A DNA stretch of 64,000 nucleotides from Candidatus Multivorans sp. (GTDB taxonomy: Bacteria; Acidobacteriota; Thermoanaerobaculia; Multivoradales; Multivoraceae): assembly GCA_965224025.1 (NCBI GenBank), contig OZ245033.1, positions 1,344,001-1,408,000 of the forward strand. Reading direction: 5' to 3'. Within the stretch, counting starts at the first letter, position 1. Every line of letters starts with the position of its first letter. Position numbers and translations under genes: made by a program. The notes beneath the pieces are model-generated. The model made no database searches. It had not been told where the DNA came from and saw nothing but the letters and a program-made list of their open reading frames with translations. Of the stretch, positions 27,743 to 37,854 are shown piece after piece.

Positions 27743-28984
27743 TCACTCTGAAATCGCTGCACTCGGTGTCGTGAGTCTCACCTTCAAGAAGCGGCGCTTG
27801 CCCACTTTGAGCAGGACATCCGTTCCTTCCCGCAGGATGAAGTACGCGTCACTGACCTTCTCGCCGTCGAGGGAGACCGCCCCCTGCTGGACCAGGCGCC
27901 GCGCTTCGGCTCTGCTGCCCGTGAGGCCGGCATCGGCGATGACGGCAGAGAGAGACTGACCGGCGGGGACGAGGCGGGTCTCGATCTCGTCCGGCACGCC
28001 GCCGCCGCGGAACATGCGGTCGAACTCGGCGCGCGCGCGGTCGGCGGCCTCGCGGCCATGGGAGCCGCGTACGAGGTCATGCGCCAACTCGGCCTTTAGA
28101 TCCCGCGGGCCGGCCTTGCCCTGCTCGACTTCCGCCTTTTGGCGGTCGATCTCGGCCTCGTCGAGGTCGGTCAGCAGCAGCCGCCAGTCCCACATCAGGT
28201 CGTCCGGGATCGACATCGTGCGGCCGAACATCTCGCGGGGCGAGTCCTCGAAGGCGATCGAATTGCCGAGGCTCTTCGACATCTTCTGCACGCCGTCGGT
28301 GCCGACCAGGAGCGGGACGGTAAGGGCGATCTGGGGCTTCAGCCCGCGAGCGCGCATCAGGTCGCGGCCGACGAGGAGGTTGAGCAACTGGTCGTGTCCG
28401 CCGAGCTCGACGTCGGCCTTGAGTTCCACCGAGTCGTAGCCCTGGGTCAGCGGGTAGAGGAGCTCGTGAATCGAGATCGGTTCGTGATTCTCGAACCGGG
28501 CGCGGAAGTCCTCGCGCTCCATCATCCGGGCCAGGGTGTAGGAACCGGCCAGCCGGATGAGCCCCTCGGCGCCCAGCGCGGACAGCCACTCGCTGTTGTG
28601 GAGGATCTCCGTTCGGTCGCGGTCGAGCACCTTCCAGGCCTGTTCCTGGTAGGTCGCCGCGTTGGCGAGGACCTGATCGCGCGCGAGTTGCGGCCGGGTG
28701 GCCTTCTTGCCGGTCGGATCGCCGATCATGGCGGTGAAGTCGCCGACTAGGAACAGGACCCGGTGTCCGAGCTGCTGGAAGTGCGCCATCTTGCGCAGCA
28801 GGACCGCGTGGCCCAGGTGCAGGTCGGGCGCCGTCGGATCGAAGCCGGTCTTGACCAGCAGCGGGCGGTTCTCGTTGCGGGACTCTTCGAGTCGCCGGCG
28901 CAGGGAGTCCTCTTCGACCACATCGACCGCGCCGCGGAGGAGCAGTTCCATCTGCTCGGAGACGGGCGGGAAGCCATCGGCCAT
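27743..28984 (-). CDS. tyrS: Tyrosine--tRNA ligase
   Basis: GFDPTAPDLHLGH, KMSKS, C-terminal S4 domain (SRAEARRLVQQGAV..VGKRRF). Confidence 0.98.
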   Translation of the reverse strand: MADGFPPVSEQMELLLRGAVDVVEEDSLRRRLEESRNENRPLLVKTGFDPTAPDLHLGHAVLLRKMAHFQQLGHRVLFLVGDFTAMIGDPTGKKATRPQLARDQVLANAATYQEQAWKVLDRDRTEILHNSEWLSALGAEGLIRLAGSYTLARMMEREDFRARFENHEPISIHELLYPLTQGYDSVELKADVELGGHDQLLNLLVGRDLMRARGLKPQIALTVPLLVGTDGVQKMSKSLGNSIAFEDSPREMFGRTMSIPDDLMWDWRLLLTDLDEAEIDRQKAEVEQGKAGPRDLKAELAHDLVRGSHGREAADRARAEFDRMFRGGGVPDEIETRLVPAGQSLSAVIADAGLTGSRAEARRLVQQGAVSLDGEKVSDAYFILREGTDVLLKVGKRRFLKVRLTTPSAAISE

Positions 28985-29070
28985 CGCCGGAAGCTAGCAG
29001 GTTCCGGCGCGCGGTACGGGGTGCCTCGGGCCACCGAGGAAGCAAAGCGGCCACGTTGAAGCCGAGGTTC

Positions 29071-32000
29071 CTAGCGCCGCCTTGCCTCCACCACGAACCG
29101 TCGGCCGGCGCGCGCCACCTGCAGTACGGACTCGACGTCAGCCAGGCCGGCGCCGGAGATCCGCACTCGGTAGGCACCGGAAGGTACCGGGCCGATCTCA
29201 ACTGGGTTCGGGCCCGAGAGGTAGCGGCGCACTGCTCCAAGACGCTCAGCGGTGATTCGGCCCACGCGGGCCGGCCATATCTCTACCTGGGCGTTCGGGA
29301 TCGCCAAGCCGGTTTCGGCATCGAGCACTTCGACGGTGGCAGTCCCGGAGTCGATCTCGATCGTGACGGGTGCAGTCGTCGGAACCCGGATCTCGACAAC
29401 CCGAGTGTCGGTCGAGAGGTAGTAGGCGCCGGGCTGAACACCGGCGAACTCGAACCGGCCGCCGCCGCCCGTGGTCGCCGATCGCACACTCGGTCGGTCG
29501 CCGGAACTGACAAGGAAGACGACGACACCCGGCTGCTCGCGACCGTCGACCGTCACCATGCCGCTGATCGATTCATCGCCGAGCCGAATCTCGACTAACT
29601 CGTTGGGTCTTTCAGCCGTCAGCTCGGCCGTCGTCGAGCCGCGCCGCTGACCCAAACCCGCGACTGCAGAGATGTACCACTCGCCGAAGGCAAGATAGAC
29701 AACCGGGTTGGGCGCTTCGGTCCTATACTGGAAGCTGGTGCCGCCCGCTAGCGGGGACTGTGAGATGGACACCAGCGCTCGTTCACCGGGTTGCAGGCCC
29801 AGCACGGCAATCTCCACACTTGCTCTCCCCTTGAGTTGCAGCACCTTGTCGGTCACGGAACGGTCCCTGAGGTCTGCCGCCGAGTCCAACTCGCCAAGCC
29901 GGCTGCGAACGGCGACGTTGTACCGCTCCGGTATCGCGGACAGGGAGAAGCGCCCGTCGGGACCTGTCATCGTCTCCAGGCGGTCGAACGACGAGGATGA
30001 ACTCAAAGCCACATGCGCGTCGGGTACCGGCTCGCCGCTGCTGTCGGTGACCCAACCGGTGAATCGCCGCTCTGAGAGGTCGAATACCGGCTCGTTCAAG
30101 CCGTTCGTGAACTGAACGCGATGAGTCGTCACCGCTCCGGTGGCAGGGTGTTCGACATGGGCGAGGTGATCGCCGGTTCTTGTGGTCAGCGAGAAGCGTC
30201 CCGCTGCGGTCGCGACGGCCGTCAGCGTCCCAAGCCGAACTTGAGCACCGGGCAGGGGGCCGCTGTCCGCGGTAACGAGCCCCATCACCCGAGCACTGAG
30301 CGCTTCGAGGTGAACGGTTAGCTGCTGGTCCTGATCGGGAGGAAGGATGTTCACCGTGCCCCGGTAGGTCTCGTACTCGTGGGACCCGACGACGAGCCGA
30401 TACGGGCCTGGCGCGAGACCGTGGATTTGCTGTTTAGTGTCCTCCGTGCACTCGTGAGTTACGGTTGGCAAGAACCCTCTCGCACCGGAAGGTCCGAGTT
30501 GAATTTTTGAGCACTGAGCTGGCGATCCTGCCTGGTCTTCAACCCGAAGACTCAGGCTCGACGCTCGTTCCAACTCGATCTCGACGGGAGTGCTCGCGGG
30601 GAGCACGTCGTACATGGTCCTTGGCAGGAAGCCTGGGGCTTTCGCACGGAGATTCAAGACACTGTGTGGCCTGAGGCCGTCAATGAAGAAGCGTGCGCCC
30701 GTCATGTCCGCGGCAGCCGGATTCAGCATCGGGGCGGACATCGGGCCGCGTAGGGATTCGGCGCCTGCTCGTGCATAGCTCACGTCCGCGGCAGTGACCG
30801 GCAGGCCTTCGCCATCGACCACGATGCCCTCGATGCTCGCGCCCGGTTCGAGCGCAATGTCGCCGAGATCGATCAAGTGCTGGCCGGGCTCAGGCTGTGG
30901 TAGAGGAAAGACGTCGATGGCCCACTCCGGTGCCGCGACAACCAGCGAGAGTGGCTTGGCGGCGAACGCACCCGCCAGCACGACCTCAAAGCGGCCGTCC
31001 CGGTTGCTTCGAACAATTTCACTCTTTCCTCGCCAGCCGCCGCCAGTCCTCGGCCAGCGACTCGGAGCTCCATTGTTCAGTACTGCGTCGACCGTGCTCA
31101 GGGTGCCAAGTTCGGCGTCTTGAACTGCTTTGCCGTCGGGCGTAGTGACGCGGCCTCGCACCGTGAAGTGGGGCTGCAGCACGAAGTCGAGCCGGGTTGG
31201 CTCGCCGTCACGCCGCAGGAGGGCGCGGCCGTGGGAGGTTCCGAAGCCCGCTCCTACGGCCTCGGCTCGGAGATGCTCGTCATGGGGCAGCATCGACAAT
31301 CGGTACTCCCCGTTGGCATCGGTTGTTGTTGAAGATGCGACGAGCGCCCCTGCGATCTGGAAGGCGGCCTGCGCCACGGAAACGATCGCGTCGTCAACGG
31401 GCCGTCCGCTTGCGTCTGCGACGCTGCCGAACAGTTCCCCGGCTTCCTCTAGCTCCAGTCGGAGTTCCATGTCGACAGGACCCGCCACGATTCTGTTCTG
31501 CGGTAGGTGTCCTGGCGCCCAGGCTGCGAGAGCCCATTCCTGTCGTTGTTCTCCCGCGGCTGCGGCAGGTGCGCCTGGAATCAGGAACACGCCGACCGGA
31601 TCGACCTCGATCGATTCGGGAACAAGAGGCCAGAGCGTGTTGACGGGCTTTGGAGTTTGAGCGAACCCGCGGGTCGCGCGCAGGTCCGTCGCCAGGGTCG
31701 CGGATTGCGGAACGAGCCAGACGCGGGCATCTGGATGCACCTGATTGTCGGCAGTCCGAATGCTGCCGAGCCTTTGCTCTTCAGTGTAAGGCCTCCCTCT
31801 TCCGGCTCGTGGATGTGCCCTCTTGAAGCCGCAGGATGGATTGGTTGACGCCAGCCGTGCAGTGTCCAATGCTGTTGACATGGTAACGCGATGTTCCCCG
31901 CTGCCGACACCTGCGACAATGGTCCCGGACTCGTTCGGCACGAGCACTTGGGTGGCGGCACGCCAACGGTCCTCGGCAGGCCGAGCGTTCGACCACAAGG

Positions 32001-32472
32001 CGATCCGTGTTCCTTCCACGAGCTCCCGACTGACGACTCTTAATCGGCACTCCCGACCAGCCTCCAGTTCGACGGGAGGGGCCAGAGTTGACGCATTCAA
32101 AGGAAGAATGATGATCTCCTTGGGGGAGAATCCGGGAGCGATTGCTACGAGCCGATAGCGGTGGCCGGCTGGGAGTATCAACGCGTAGTTACCGTCACCC
32201 ACGGTCGTTCGGCTGCGGGCCAAAGGCTCGACTCGGGCCACGGTTGGATCGATCACTCGCTGGAACCATGTCGAGGTCGGTGCGGGCCATGCCTCCACCA
32301 GGATGTCGTGCCGGTCCAGGTCTCGAAGAGTGGCGCGGCCCTCGATACGCACCTGAGACCGCGTTGAGATGCCGGCCGATTCAGTCGCCCCACCGATCGT
32401 CGCCAGTCCGGCCGTCAGTCCCACTGCCAGGACCAGGCATGTCTCTGCGTTCCTGTGGTACCGGACGCTCAA
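29071..32472 (-). CDS. Large exported protein with multiple carboxypeptidase-regulatory-like (beta-sandwich) repeats
   Basis: Repeated G.V.D..G.P...A.V and T...G.F/Y motifs; N-terminal hydrophobic segment; 1133-aa open frame. Confidence 0.82.
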   Translation of the reverse strand: MSVRYHRNAETCLVLAVGLTAGLATIGGATESAGISTRSQVRIEGRATLRDLDRHDILVEAWPAPTSTWFQRVIDPTVARVEPLARSRTTVGDGNYALILPAGHRYRLVAIAPGFSPKEIIILPLNASTLAPPVELEAGRECRLRVVSRELVEGTRIALWSNARPAEDRWRAATQVLVPNESGTIVAGVGSGEHRVTMSTALDTARLASTNPSCGFKRAHPRAGRGRPYTEEQRLGSIRTADNQVHPDARVWLVPQSATLATDLRATRGFAQTPKPVNTLWPLVPESIEVDPVGVFLIPGAPAAAAGEQRQEWALAAWAPGHLPQNRIVAGPVDMELRLELEEAGELFGSVADASGRPVDDAIVSVAQAAFQIAGALVASSTTTDANGEYRLSMLPHDEHLRAEAVGAGFGTSHGRALLRRDGEPTRLDFVLQPHFTVRGRVTTPDGKAVQDAELGTLSTVDAVLNNGAPSRWPRTGGGWRGKSEIVRSNRDGRFEVVLAGAFAAKPLSLVVAAPEWAIDVFPLPQPEPGQHLIDLGDIALEPGASIEGIVVDGEGLPVTAADVSYARAGAESLRGPMSAPMLNPAAADMTGARFFIDGLRPHSVLNLRAKAPGFLPRTMYDVLPASTPVEIELERASSLSLRVEDQAGSPAQCSKIQLGPSGARGFLPTVTHECTEDTKQQIHGLAPGPYRLVVGSHEYETYRGTVNILPPDQDQQLTVHLEALSARVMGLVTADSGPLPGAQVRLGTLTAVATAAGRFSLTTRTGDHLAHVEHPATGAVTTHRVQFTNGLNEPVFDLSERRFTGWVTDSSGEPVPDAHVALSSSSSFDRLETMTGPDGRFSLSAIPERYNVAVRSRLGELDSAADLRDRSVTDKVLQLKGRASVEIAVLGLQPGERALVSISQSPLAGGTSFQYRTEAPNPVVYLAFGEWYISAVAGLGQRRGSTTAELTAERPNELVEIRLGDESISGMVTVDGREQPGVVVFLVSSGDRPSVRSATTGGGGRFEFAGVQPGAYYLSTDTRVVEIRVPTTAPVTIEIDSGTATVEVLDAETGLAIPNAQVEIWPARVGRITAERLGAVRRYLSGPNPVEIGPVPSGAYRVRISGAGLADVESVLQVARAGRRFVVEARRR

Positions 32473-32612
32473 CAGGAGATCGACGTGATGTTGAAGTCGC
32501 CGTCAACGCACATGATGCCCCACCACTCTGACTGGCTGCTGATTGTGCCTTCCGGACAGTCCAGCGTTCCGGGGTGACGCTCGGAGCTTCCGCCTTCGTC
32601 ACGGGTGCCCAA
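32469..32612 (-). CDS. Candidate 47-aa ORF (3 Cys), not in the supplied ORF track
   Basis: MGTRDEGGSSERHPGTLDCPEGTISSQSEWWGIMCVDGDFNITSISC; its TGA overlaps the TTG start of the large gene. Confidence 0.35.
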   Translation of the reverse strand: MGTRDEGGSSERHPGTLDCPEGTISSQSEWWGIMCVDGDFNITSISC

Positions 32613-32792
32613 GTCCCCCAGCGGCGGAACTCATTGTTCTCGCCTCCGGACGTGCCACTCTTTTCACGGTCGGACTTGGCGGTCTTGTACGCCGATGCGC
32701 GGAGCCGGTGACCGGGCTCCTGGATGTGTGCCGTCTTTCGCGGCAGCACAGCGTGACGAGGTCCAGTTGCTCGTCCGTGGGAGGGAAGCCGG

Positions 32793-33635
32793 TCATTGGG
32801 ACGGGAGGCTAGCCGCGGTTGCTGCGCCAGCGATGCGGCCCCGGGCGACGATCCTGGCGTCGCCGGACAGGTGCCAGCGGCTGAGGCCGTCCGGTCCGTC
32901 CGGAGCGGCATCGAGGCGCAGTTCGAAGCCGCCGCGGGTGGCGGCAACAACAGGCAGTGCGAGCCGGCCATCGGCGATCGCGCAGGCGGCCGCGGCCACG
33001 ATGCCGGTGCCGCAGGCCAGGGTCTCCGCTTCGACGCCGCGCTCGAACGACCGGATGCGGAAGCCCCCGGGACATTCGAGATCGACGAAGTGGACGTTTG
33101 CGCCTTCGCTTCCGAGATCCGGGTGGGAGCGGAGGATCGGTCCGAGTGAGGCGACCGGGGCCTCGTCGAGGTTCGTTTGCCACCAGAGAACGAAGTGGGG
33201 TATGCCGACATCGATCCGTCGGCCGGGGAAGGTTCGGCCGTTCGTCTGCAGGGTCATGGGACGTCCCGGCCCCGGCGCGGCCACGAGTACGGCGGTGCGG
33301 CTCTCGTCGATCGCTTCGGCTGTCAGGGTGCCTGCCGCGGTCTCGATCTGCACGCTGGAAGCGGACGGCTCCTGGTCGAAGGCGAGCCGGGCGGCGCAGC
33401 GGGCCGCGTTCAGGCACAGGTCGGCCCGGGCGCCGTCGGCGTTGGAATAGTCGAGGACGTATCGTCCCCCGGTCTCGCGGTGGAGGCTGAACAGGCCGTC
33501 GGCGCCGACCGATACGCCGCGCCGGCACCAGGCCCTCACCGTCTCGGCGGGCGGAACGGGACGCTCCAGAAGGGCGATGAAGTCGTTGCCGGCCCCTGAG
33601 ACCAGGAAGAACGGCGTGCCCTTCGAGGTGGTCAT
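32793..33635 (-). CDS. dapF: Diaminopimelate epimerase
   Basis: GAGNDF, GADG, NADG..A.LCLNAARC, G.PH, ERGVEAETLACGTG. Confidence 0.94.
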   Translation of the reverse strand: MTTSKGTPFFLVSGAGNDFIALLERPVPPAETVRAWCRRGVSVGADGLFSLHRETGGRYVLDYSNADGARADLCLNAARCAARLAFDQEPSASSVQIETAAGTLTAEAIDESRTAVLVAAPGPGRPMTLQTNGRTFPGRRIDVGIPHFVLWWQTNLDEAPVASLGPILRSHPDLGSEGANVHFVDLECPGGFRIRSFERGVEAETLACGTGIVAAAACAIADGRLALPVVAATRGGFELRLDAAPDGPDGLSRWHLSGDARIVARGRIAGAATAASLPSQ

Positions 33636-33904
33636 GGCGGCGTGGCCTCGCCGTCCTCGCCGTCCGGTTCGTCCTCAGCCTCTTCGTCGCCGTCCGCGGC
33701 GGCTTCTTCCTCCTCAGGCTCCGCGGCCTCGTCTTCGGCGGGGATCGCCTCGCTGGGCGCGGTTTCAGCGACCGGGTCCGGCTCGCGCAGGGGTGGCAAT
33801 GGATCGCCTTTTCGGCCGCATCCGGTGGTGGTCATCAGGGTCAGCAGGACGGCGACGATCGCGGCCGGCCCGATGGGATCGCAGTAGTTGGACCTACAGG
33901 ACAT
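33632..33904 (-). CDS. Small lipoprotein, LptM/YifL-like, with acidic tail
   Basis: Hydrophobic stretch then TGCGRKGDPLPP lipobox; directly upstream of dapF. Confidence 0.7.
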   Translation of the reverse strand: MSCRSNYCDPIGPAAIVAVLLTLMTTTGCGRKGDPLPPLREPDPVAETAPSEAIPAEDEAAEPEEEEAAADGDEEAEDEPDGEDGEATPP

Positions 33905-35267
33905 AGCGGCTGAGATCGCGGTCTTCCACCACGTCGGCGAGTGCCCGGGTCACGTAGGCGGCGTCGACTTCCAGGGCGACGCCTTCCATGTCGGGGGCCT
34001 CGAAGGAGACCTCTTCGAGCAAGCGCTCCATCAGGGTCGCCAGGCGCCGGGCGCCGATGTTCTCGGTCTGGGAGTTCACCTGCACGGCGAGGCGGGCGAC
34101 CTCCTTCACGGCGTCCTCGCGGAAGGAGAGGTCCAGGCCTTCGGCGCCGAGAAGAGCGCTGTACTGCGTGGTCAGGGCGCTGTCCGGCTCGGTCAGGATG
34201 CGGACGAACTCTGCTTCTCCCAGGGCGCTGAGTTCGACCCGGATCGGGAAGCGTCCCTGAAGTTCGGGGATCATGTCGGACGGCTTCGCGACGTGAAAGG
34301 CGCCGGCGCCGATGAACAGGACGTGGTCCGTCTTGACCGGCCCGTACTTCGTCGTCACCGTCGTCCCTTCGACGATCGGCAACAGATCGCGCTGGACGCC
34401 TTCCCGCGACACGTCGGGGCCGTGGCCGCCATTGCGGCCGGCGACCTTGTCGATTTCGTCGAGGAAGACGATGCCTGCCTGCTCCACGCGGAGCCTGGCT
34501 TCCTCGGCGATGTCCTGGCGATCGATGAGAGCCTCCGCCTCCTGCCGCCGCAGGATCTCCCGAGCTTCGGAGACCTCGACCATCTGGCGCTTGCGCTTTC
34601 CGAACAGCCCCGGGAGCATGTCCTTGAGGTTGATCCCCACCGCCTCCACGCCCTGGGGCGTGAACATCTCGAACTGCTGTTGTGAGGCGTCGTCCACTTC
34701 GATCTCGACCATGCGATGGTCGAGGCGCCCCTCTTCGAGCCATTCGCGAAAGCGTTCCCGGGTCTCGGTCGGTGCACCGTAGGCGCCGGGGTCGTCGGTG
34801 TCGGCGGCCGACTGCGGCGCCTGGGGGACGAGGAGCTGAAGCAGTCGCTCGTCGGCTCTCGACGCGGCCTCCGCTTCCACCGCGGCCCGCTTCTCCTCGC
34901 CGACCATCGCGACCGCGAGCTCCATCAGGTCGCGGACGATCGACTCGACGTCGCGGCCCACGTAGCCGACCTCGGTGAATTTGCTGGCTTCGATCTTGAG
35001 GAACGGGGCCCGCGCGAGTTTGGCCAGCCGCCGCGCGATCTCCGTCTTGCCAACACCGGTCGGGCCCATCATCAGAATGTTCTTGGGGGCGATGTCCTCG
35101 GCGGTTTCGGGATCGAGTTGCTGCCGGCGCCAGCGGTTGCGCATCGCGATCGCCACCGCCCGCTTCGCGTCCTTCTGCCCGACCACGTGCCGGTCGAGCG
35201 CCGCGACGATCTCGCGCGGGGTCAGGTTCTCGACGAACTGGGCGCCCTGCGCCGGCTCCGCGGTCAT
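33894..35267 (-). CDS. hslU: ATP-dependent protease ATPase subunit HslU
   Basis: LTPREIV, GPTGVGKTEIARRLA, GYVG, DEIDK, GVQRDLLP, NIGARRL, DLSRYVL. Confidence 0.98.
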   Translation of the reverse strand: MTAEPAQGAQFVENLTPREIVAALDRHVVGQKDAKRAVAIAMRNRWRRQQLDPETAEDIAPKNILMMGPTGVGKTEIARRLAKLARAPFLKIEASKFTEVGYVGRDVESIVRDLMELAVAMVGEEKRAAVEAEAASRADERLLQLLVPQAPQSAADTDDPGAYGAPTETRERFREWLEEGRLDHRMVEIEVDDASQQQFEMFTPQGVEAVGINLKDMLPGLFGKRKRQMVEVSEAREILRRQEAEALIDRQDIAEEARLRVEQAGIVFLDEIDKVAGRNGGHGPDVSREGVQRDLLPIVEGTTVTTKYGPVKTDHVLFIGAGAFHVAKPSDMIPELQGRFPIRVELSALGEAEFVRILTEPDSALTTQYSALLGAEGLDLSFREDAVKEVARLAVQVNSQTENIGARRLATLMERLLEEVSFEAPDMEGVALEVDAAYVTRALADVVEDRDLSRYVL

Positions 35268-35812
35268 GTCGCGGACCCGTCCGATTCGAGGCGCTCCACG
35301 GTGACCTCGTGGTTGGTGTAGATGCAAAGGTCGGCCGTGATCCGCATCGCCTCCCGGGCGACCTGTTCGGCGTCGAGCTCGGTGTGCTTGAGCAGCGCCT
35401 GGGCCGCGGCGAGGGCGTAATTCCCGCCCGAACCGATGGCGAGCGGCATGCCCGCGTCCGGCTCGAGCAGGTCGCCGTTGCCCATCGCGAGGAAACTCTT
35501 CTGGCCGTCGGCGACGATCATCTGCGCCTCGAGCCGGCGCAGCGCGCGGTCGGTTCTCCAGTCCATCGCCAGTTCGATCACGGCGCGCTCGAAGTTGCCC
35601 TGGTACTCGTCGATCTTGGCCTCGAAGCGCGAGAACAGGGCCAGGGCGTCGGCGCCGCCGCCGGCGAAACCGACGAGAATCCGGCCCTGGTTGGCGCGCT
35701 GGACCTTGCGGGCGCGCGCCTTGACCACCGTGTTCGCGGTGCCGTTGGTGACCTGGCCGTCGCTGGCCATGCATGTCACATCGCCTCTGCGGACGAGCAG
35801 GATGGTGGTCAT
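35264..35812 (-). CDS. hslV: ATP-dependent protease subunit HslV
   Basis: N-terminal TTIL, DGQVT, GFAG, WRTDRALRRLEA, AIGSGG, CIYTN. Confidence 0.97.
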   Translation of the reverse strand: MTTILLVRRGDVTCMASDGQVTNGTANTVVKARARKVQRANQGRILVGFAGGGADALALFSRFEAKIDEYQGNFERAVIELAMDWRTDRALRRLEAQMIVADGQKSFLAMGNGDLLEPDAGMPLAIGSGGNYALAAAQALLKHTELDAEQVAREAMRITADLCIYTNHEVTVERLESDGSAT

Positions 35813-35875
35813 GTGGTCGGGTGGTCTCCCCTCAGGTCGGCGGCCGGCGAGGGTCGCGGCAGCGGTCCCCTCGTT

Positions 35876-36700
35876 TCACGGATTCTCTCGCAGAATGTTG
35901 CGCAGCGAGACCTCCGGTTGGGTCCAGCCCGGGCCGCCGATGTAGCGCCCGATCTCCTTGCCGTCGCGGTAGACGATCGCGGTGGGGAGTTCCTTGACGC
36001 CGAGACGGTCGACCTCGGCGTCGCCCCAGGGGTTGTCGTCGCCGAGGCCGTAGTAGGTGAACCGTAGCGGCGATTCCTCAAGCTGTTCGTGGACCTTGAG
36101 TCCGCGCGGCATGAAGCGCTCGCAGACGTGGCACCAGGATCCGAAGACGACCCGGACCTCCACGCCGGCGCCGAGTGCGGCTAGCTCGGCGACCACTGCC
36201 GGGTCGGTCTCGTAGGCGTTCGCCGAGCGGCGATAGCCGGGGTCGTGGTCGTACAGGGCCTCCAGCGTCGCTTCGCCAGCCAGCGAAGGTCGTTGCCGGA
36301 GTTGGGCGCGGATGCCGTCGACGGCGAACTCGAGGCCCTTGGGGATCTGCCGGAAGGGCATCGGAGAGCCGAACAGGGCGCCGGGCAGCAGATCCACCGT
36401 ATCCTCGCCCGTTGGCGAGATCTTCAATAGTTGGACCTTGTACGAGGTCTGGTTGCGGGCGCTCAGCAGTACCGGCGAGGGCAGATCGTCGGCGAGGACG
36501 AGGAACGCGCCCGCGGTTCGCGAGAGGTAGAGCTGGGCGCCGGCGGCCTCCTGGCCCTGCAGGAAGAGCTGGTAATCGCCGACGAGCTGGAAGTCGCGCA
36601 GGTCGTCCTGGGCCCCGGCGGCCCCCGCGGCGGCCAGCAAGACGGCGGCCGCCGATGCGAGCACGAGTCCGGTGGTCGTGCGGGCGTTGGGAAGTCTCAT
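35876..36700 (-). CDS. Exported thioredoxin-family protein
   Basis: Signal peptide; C-terminal FGSWCHVC..ELPT..DGKEIGRY. Confidence 0.85.
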   Translation of the reverse strand: MRLPNARTTTGLVLASAAAVLLAAAGAAGAQDDLRDFQLVGDYQLFLQGQEAAGAQLYLSRTAGAFLVLADDLPSPVLLSARNQTSYKVQLLKISPTGEDTVDLLPGALFGSPMPFRQIPKGLEFAVDGIRAQLRQRPSLAGEATLEALYDHDPGYRRSANAYETDPAVVAELAALGAGVEVRVVFGSWCHVCERFMPRGLKVHEQLEESPLRFTYYGLGDDNPWGDAEVDRLGVKELPTAIVYRDGKEIGRYIGGPGWTQPEVSLRNILRENP

Positions 36701-36765
36701 GCGGTTTCCTTTCCTGGAGGCGGGTTGTGTCGTCGAGCGGGGCGGCAGGCGGTCCGGCAGGCGGC

Positions 36766-37740
36766 TCAGCCGCCCTTCGCTCTGGGGTGGCTTTCCCGGT
36801 AGACCTGAAGCAGGCGTCCGGTGTCCACGTGCATGTAGCGCTGCGTGGTCGCAAGGGAGGCGTGGCCGAGCAGTTCCTGGATCGAGCGCAGGTCGGCGCC
36901 GGACTCGAGCAGGTGGGTGGCGAAACTGTGTCGCAGGGCGTGCGGATGAGCGCCCGCCGCCTGTGCCGTTTCGGCGACGTAGCGGTCGATGACGCGGCGG
37001 ACGGAGCGGGCGCTCAGGCGGCTTCCTTTCTGGTTCAGGAACACCGGTTCGTCCTGGTCGGTTCCGGCGCGCGGACTCCTGAACACCTCTTCCCAGGCGT
37101 CGAGCCACTTCCGGAGCGCCTTCTCCGCCGGCTCGCCGAAGGGCGTCATCCGTTCCCGGTCGCCCTTGCCCACGACCCGGAGCACCCTGGCGCCGAGATC
37201 GATGTCGCGCCAGTTCAGGGCGACGAGTTCGCCGACCCGCAAACCCGAGGCGTAGAGCAGCTCCAGGAGCGCGCGGTCCCTGAGACCGAGCGGCCCCGCG
37301 CGGCCGGCGGGCGCCTCGAGCAGAGCGTCGATCTCGCCGTGCCGCAGGTGGCGCGGAAGCGTCTTTTCGACCTTCGGCGTCGGCACCGACTCTGCCGGGT
37401 TCGACTGCATCCGGCCGGTGAGACAGGCGTAGCGGAACAGGCCCCGGAGCGCGGACAGGTGGCGGCCCTGGGTTCGACGGGCCAGCCGGCGCTTGTTCAG
37501 GGAGGCGACGAAGGACCGCACCAGGAGCTGGTCGATGTCCTCGATGTCCGAATGGTTGCCGCCGCCCGCGGCGCGGAAGTCAGCAAAGGCGGCGAGATCC
37601 CGGCCGTAGGCGCGGACGGTGTGCTGCGAGCAGTTGCGCTCCAAGTCCAGGTACTCCAGGAAATCCGCGATCAGCTCGCCGAGCGCGCCGGGACGCTCGG
37701 CTTCTTCGCGCCTCCCGGCGCGCTGAACGGTGGTTCCCAT
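36766..37740 (-). CDS. xerC: Tyrosine recombinase XerC
   Basis: RDRALLELLYASGLRVGEL, GKGDRER, HALRHSFATH, GHASLATTQRY; trmFO-xerC-hslVU context. Confidence 0.93.
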   Translation of the reverse strand: MGTTVQRAGRREEAERPGALGELIADFLEYLDLERNCSQHTVRAYGRDLAAFADFRAAGGGNHSDIEDIDQLLVRSFVASLNKRRLARRTQGRHLSALRGLFRYACLTGRMQSNPAESVPTPKVEKTLPRHLRHGEIDALLEAPAGRAGPLGLRDRALLELLYASGLRVGELVALNWRDIDLGARVLRVVGKGDRERMTPFGEPAEKALRKWLDAWEEVFRSPRAGTDQDEPVFLNQKGSRLSARSVRRVIDRYVAETAQAAGAHPHALRHSFATHLLESGADLRSIQELLGHASLATTQRYMHVDTGRLLQVYRESHPRAKGG

Positions 37741-37854
37741 GAGAGTGCTCCGCCGAGGCCCATGCTATCGTCCCGAAACCCGTCGCAGGCTCCGTGTTTC
37801 GGCCCATCCCGTCCTTGCCCAGGAGCTTTCGCCGCAGACTTGCTGCGCCGCGTT

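Noticed and set aside
36766-37740. Phage or island integrase
   Set aside because: Motifs and trmFO-hslVU context fit housekeeping XerC; no att sites or phage genes.
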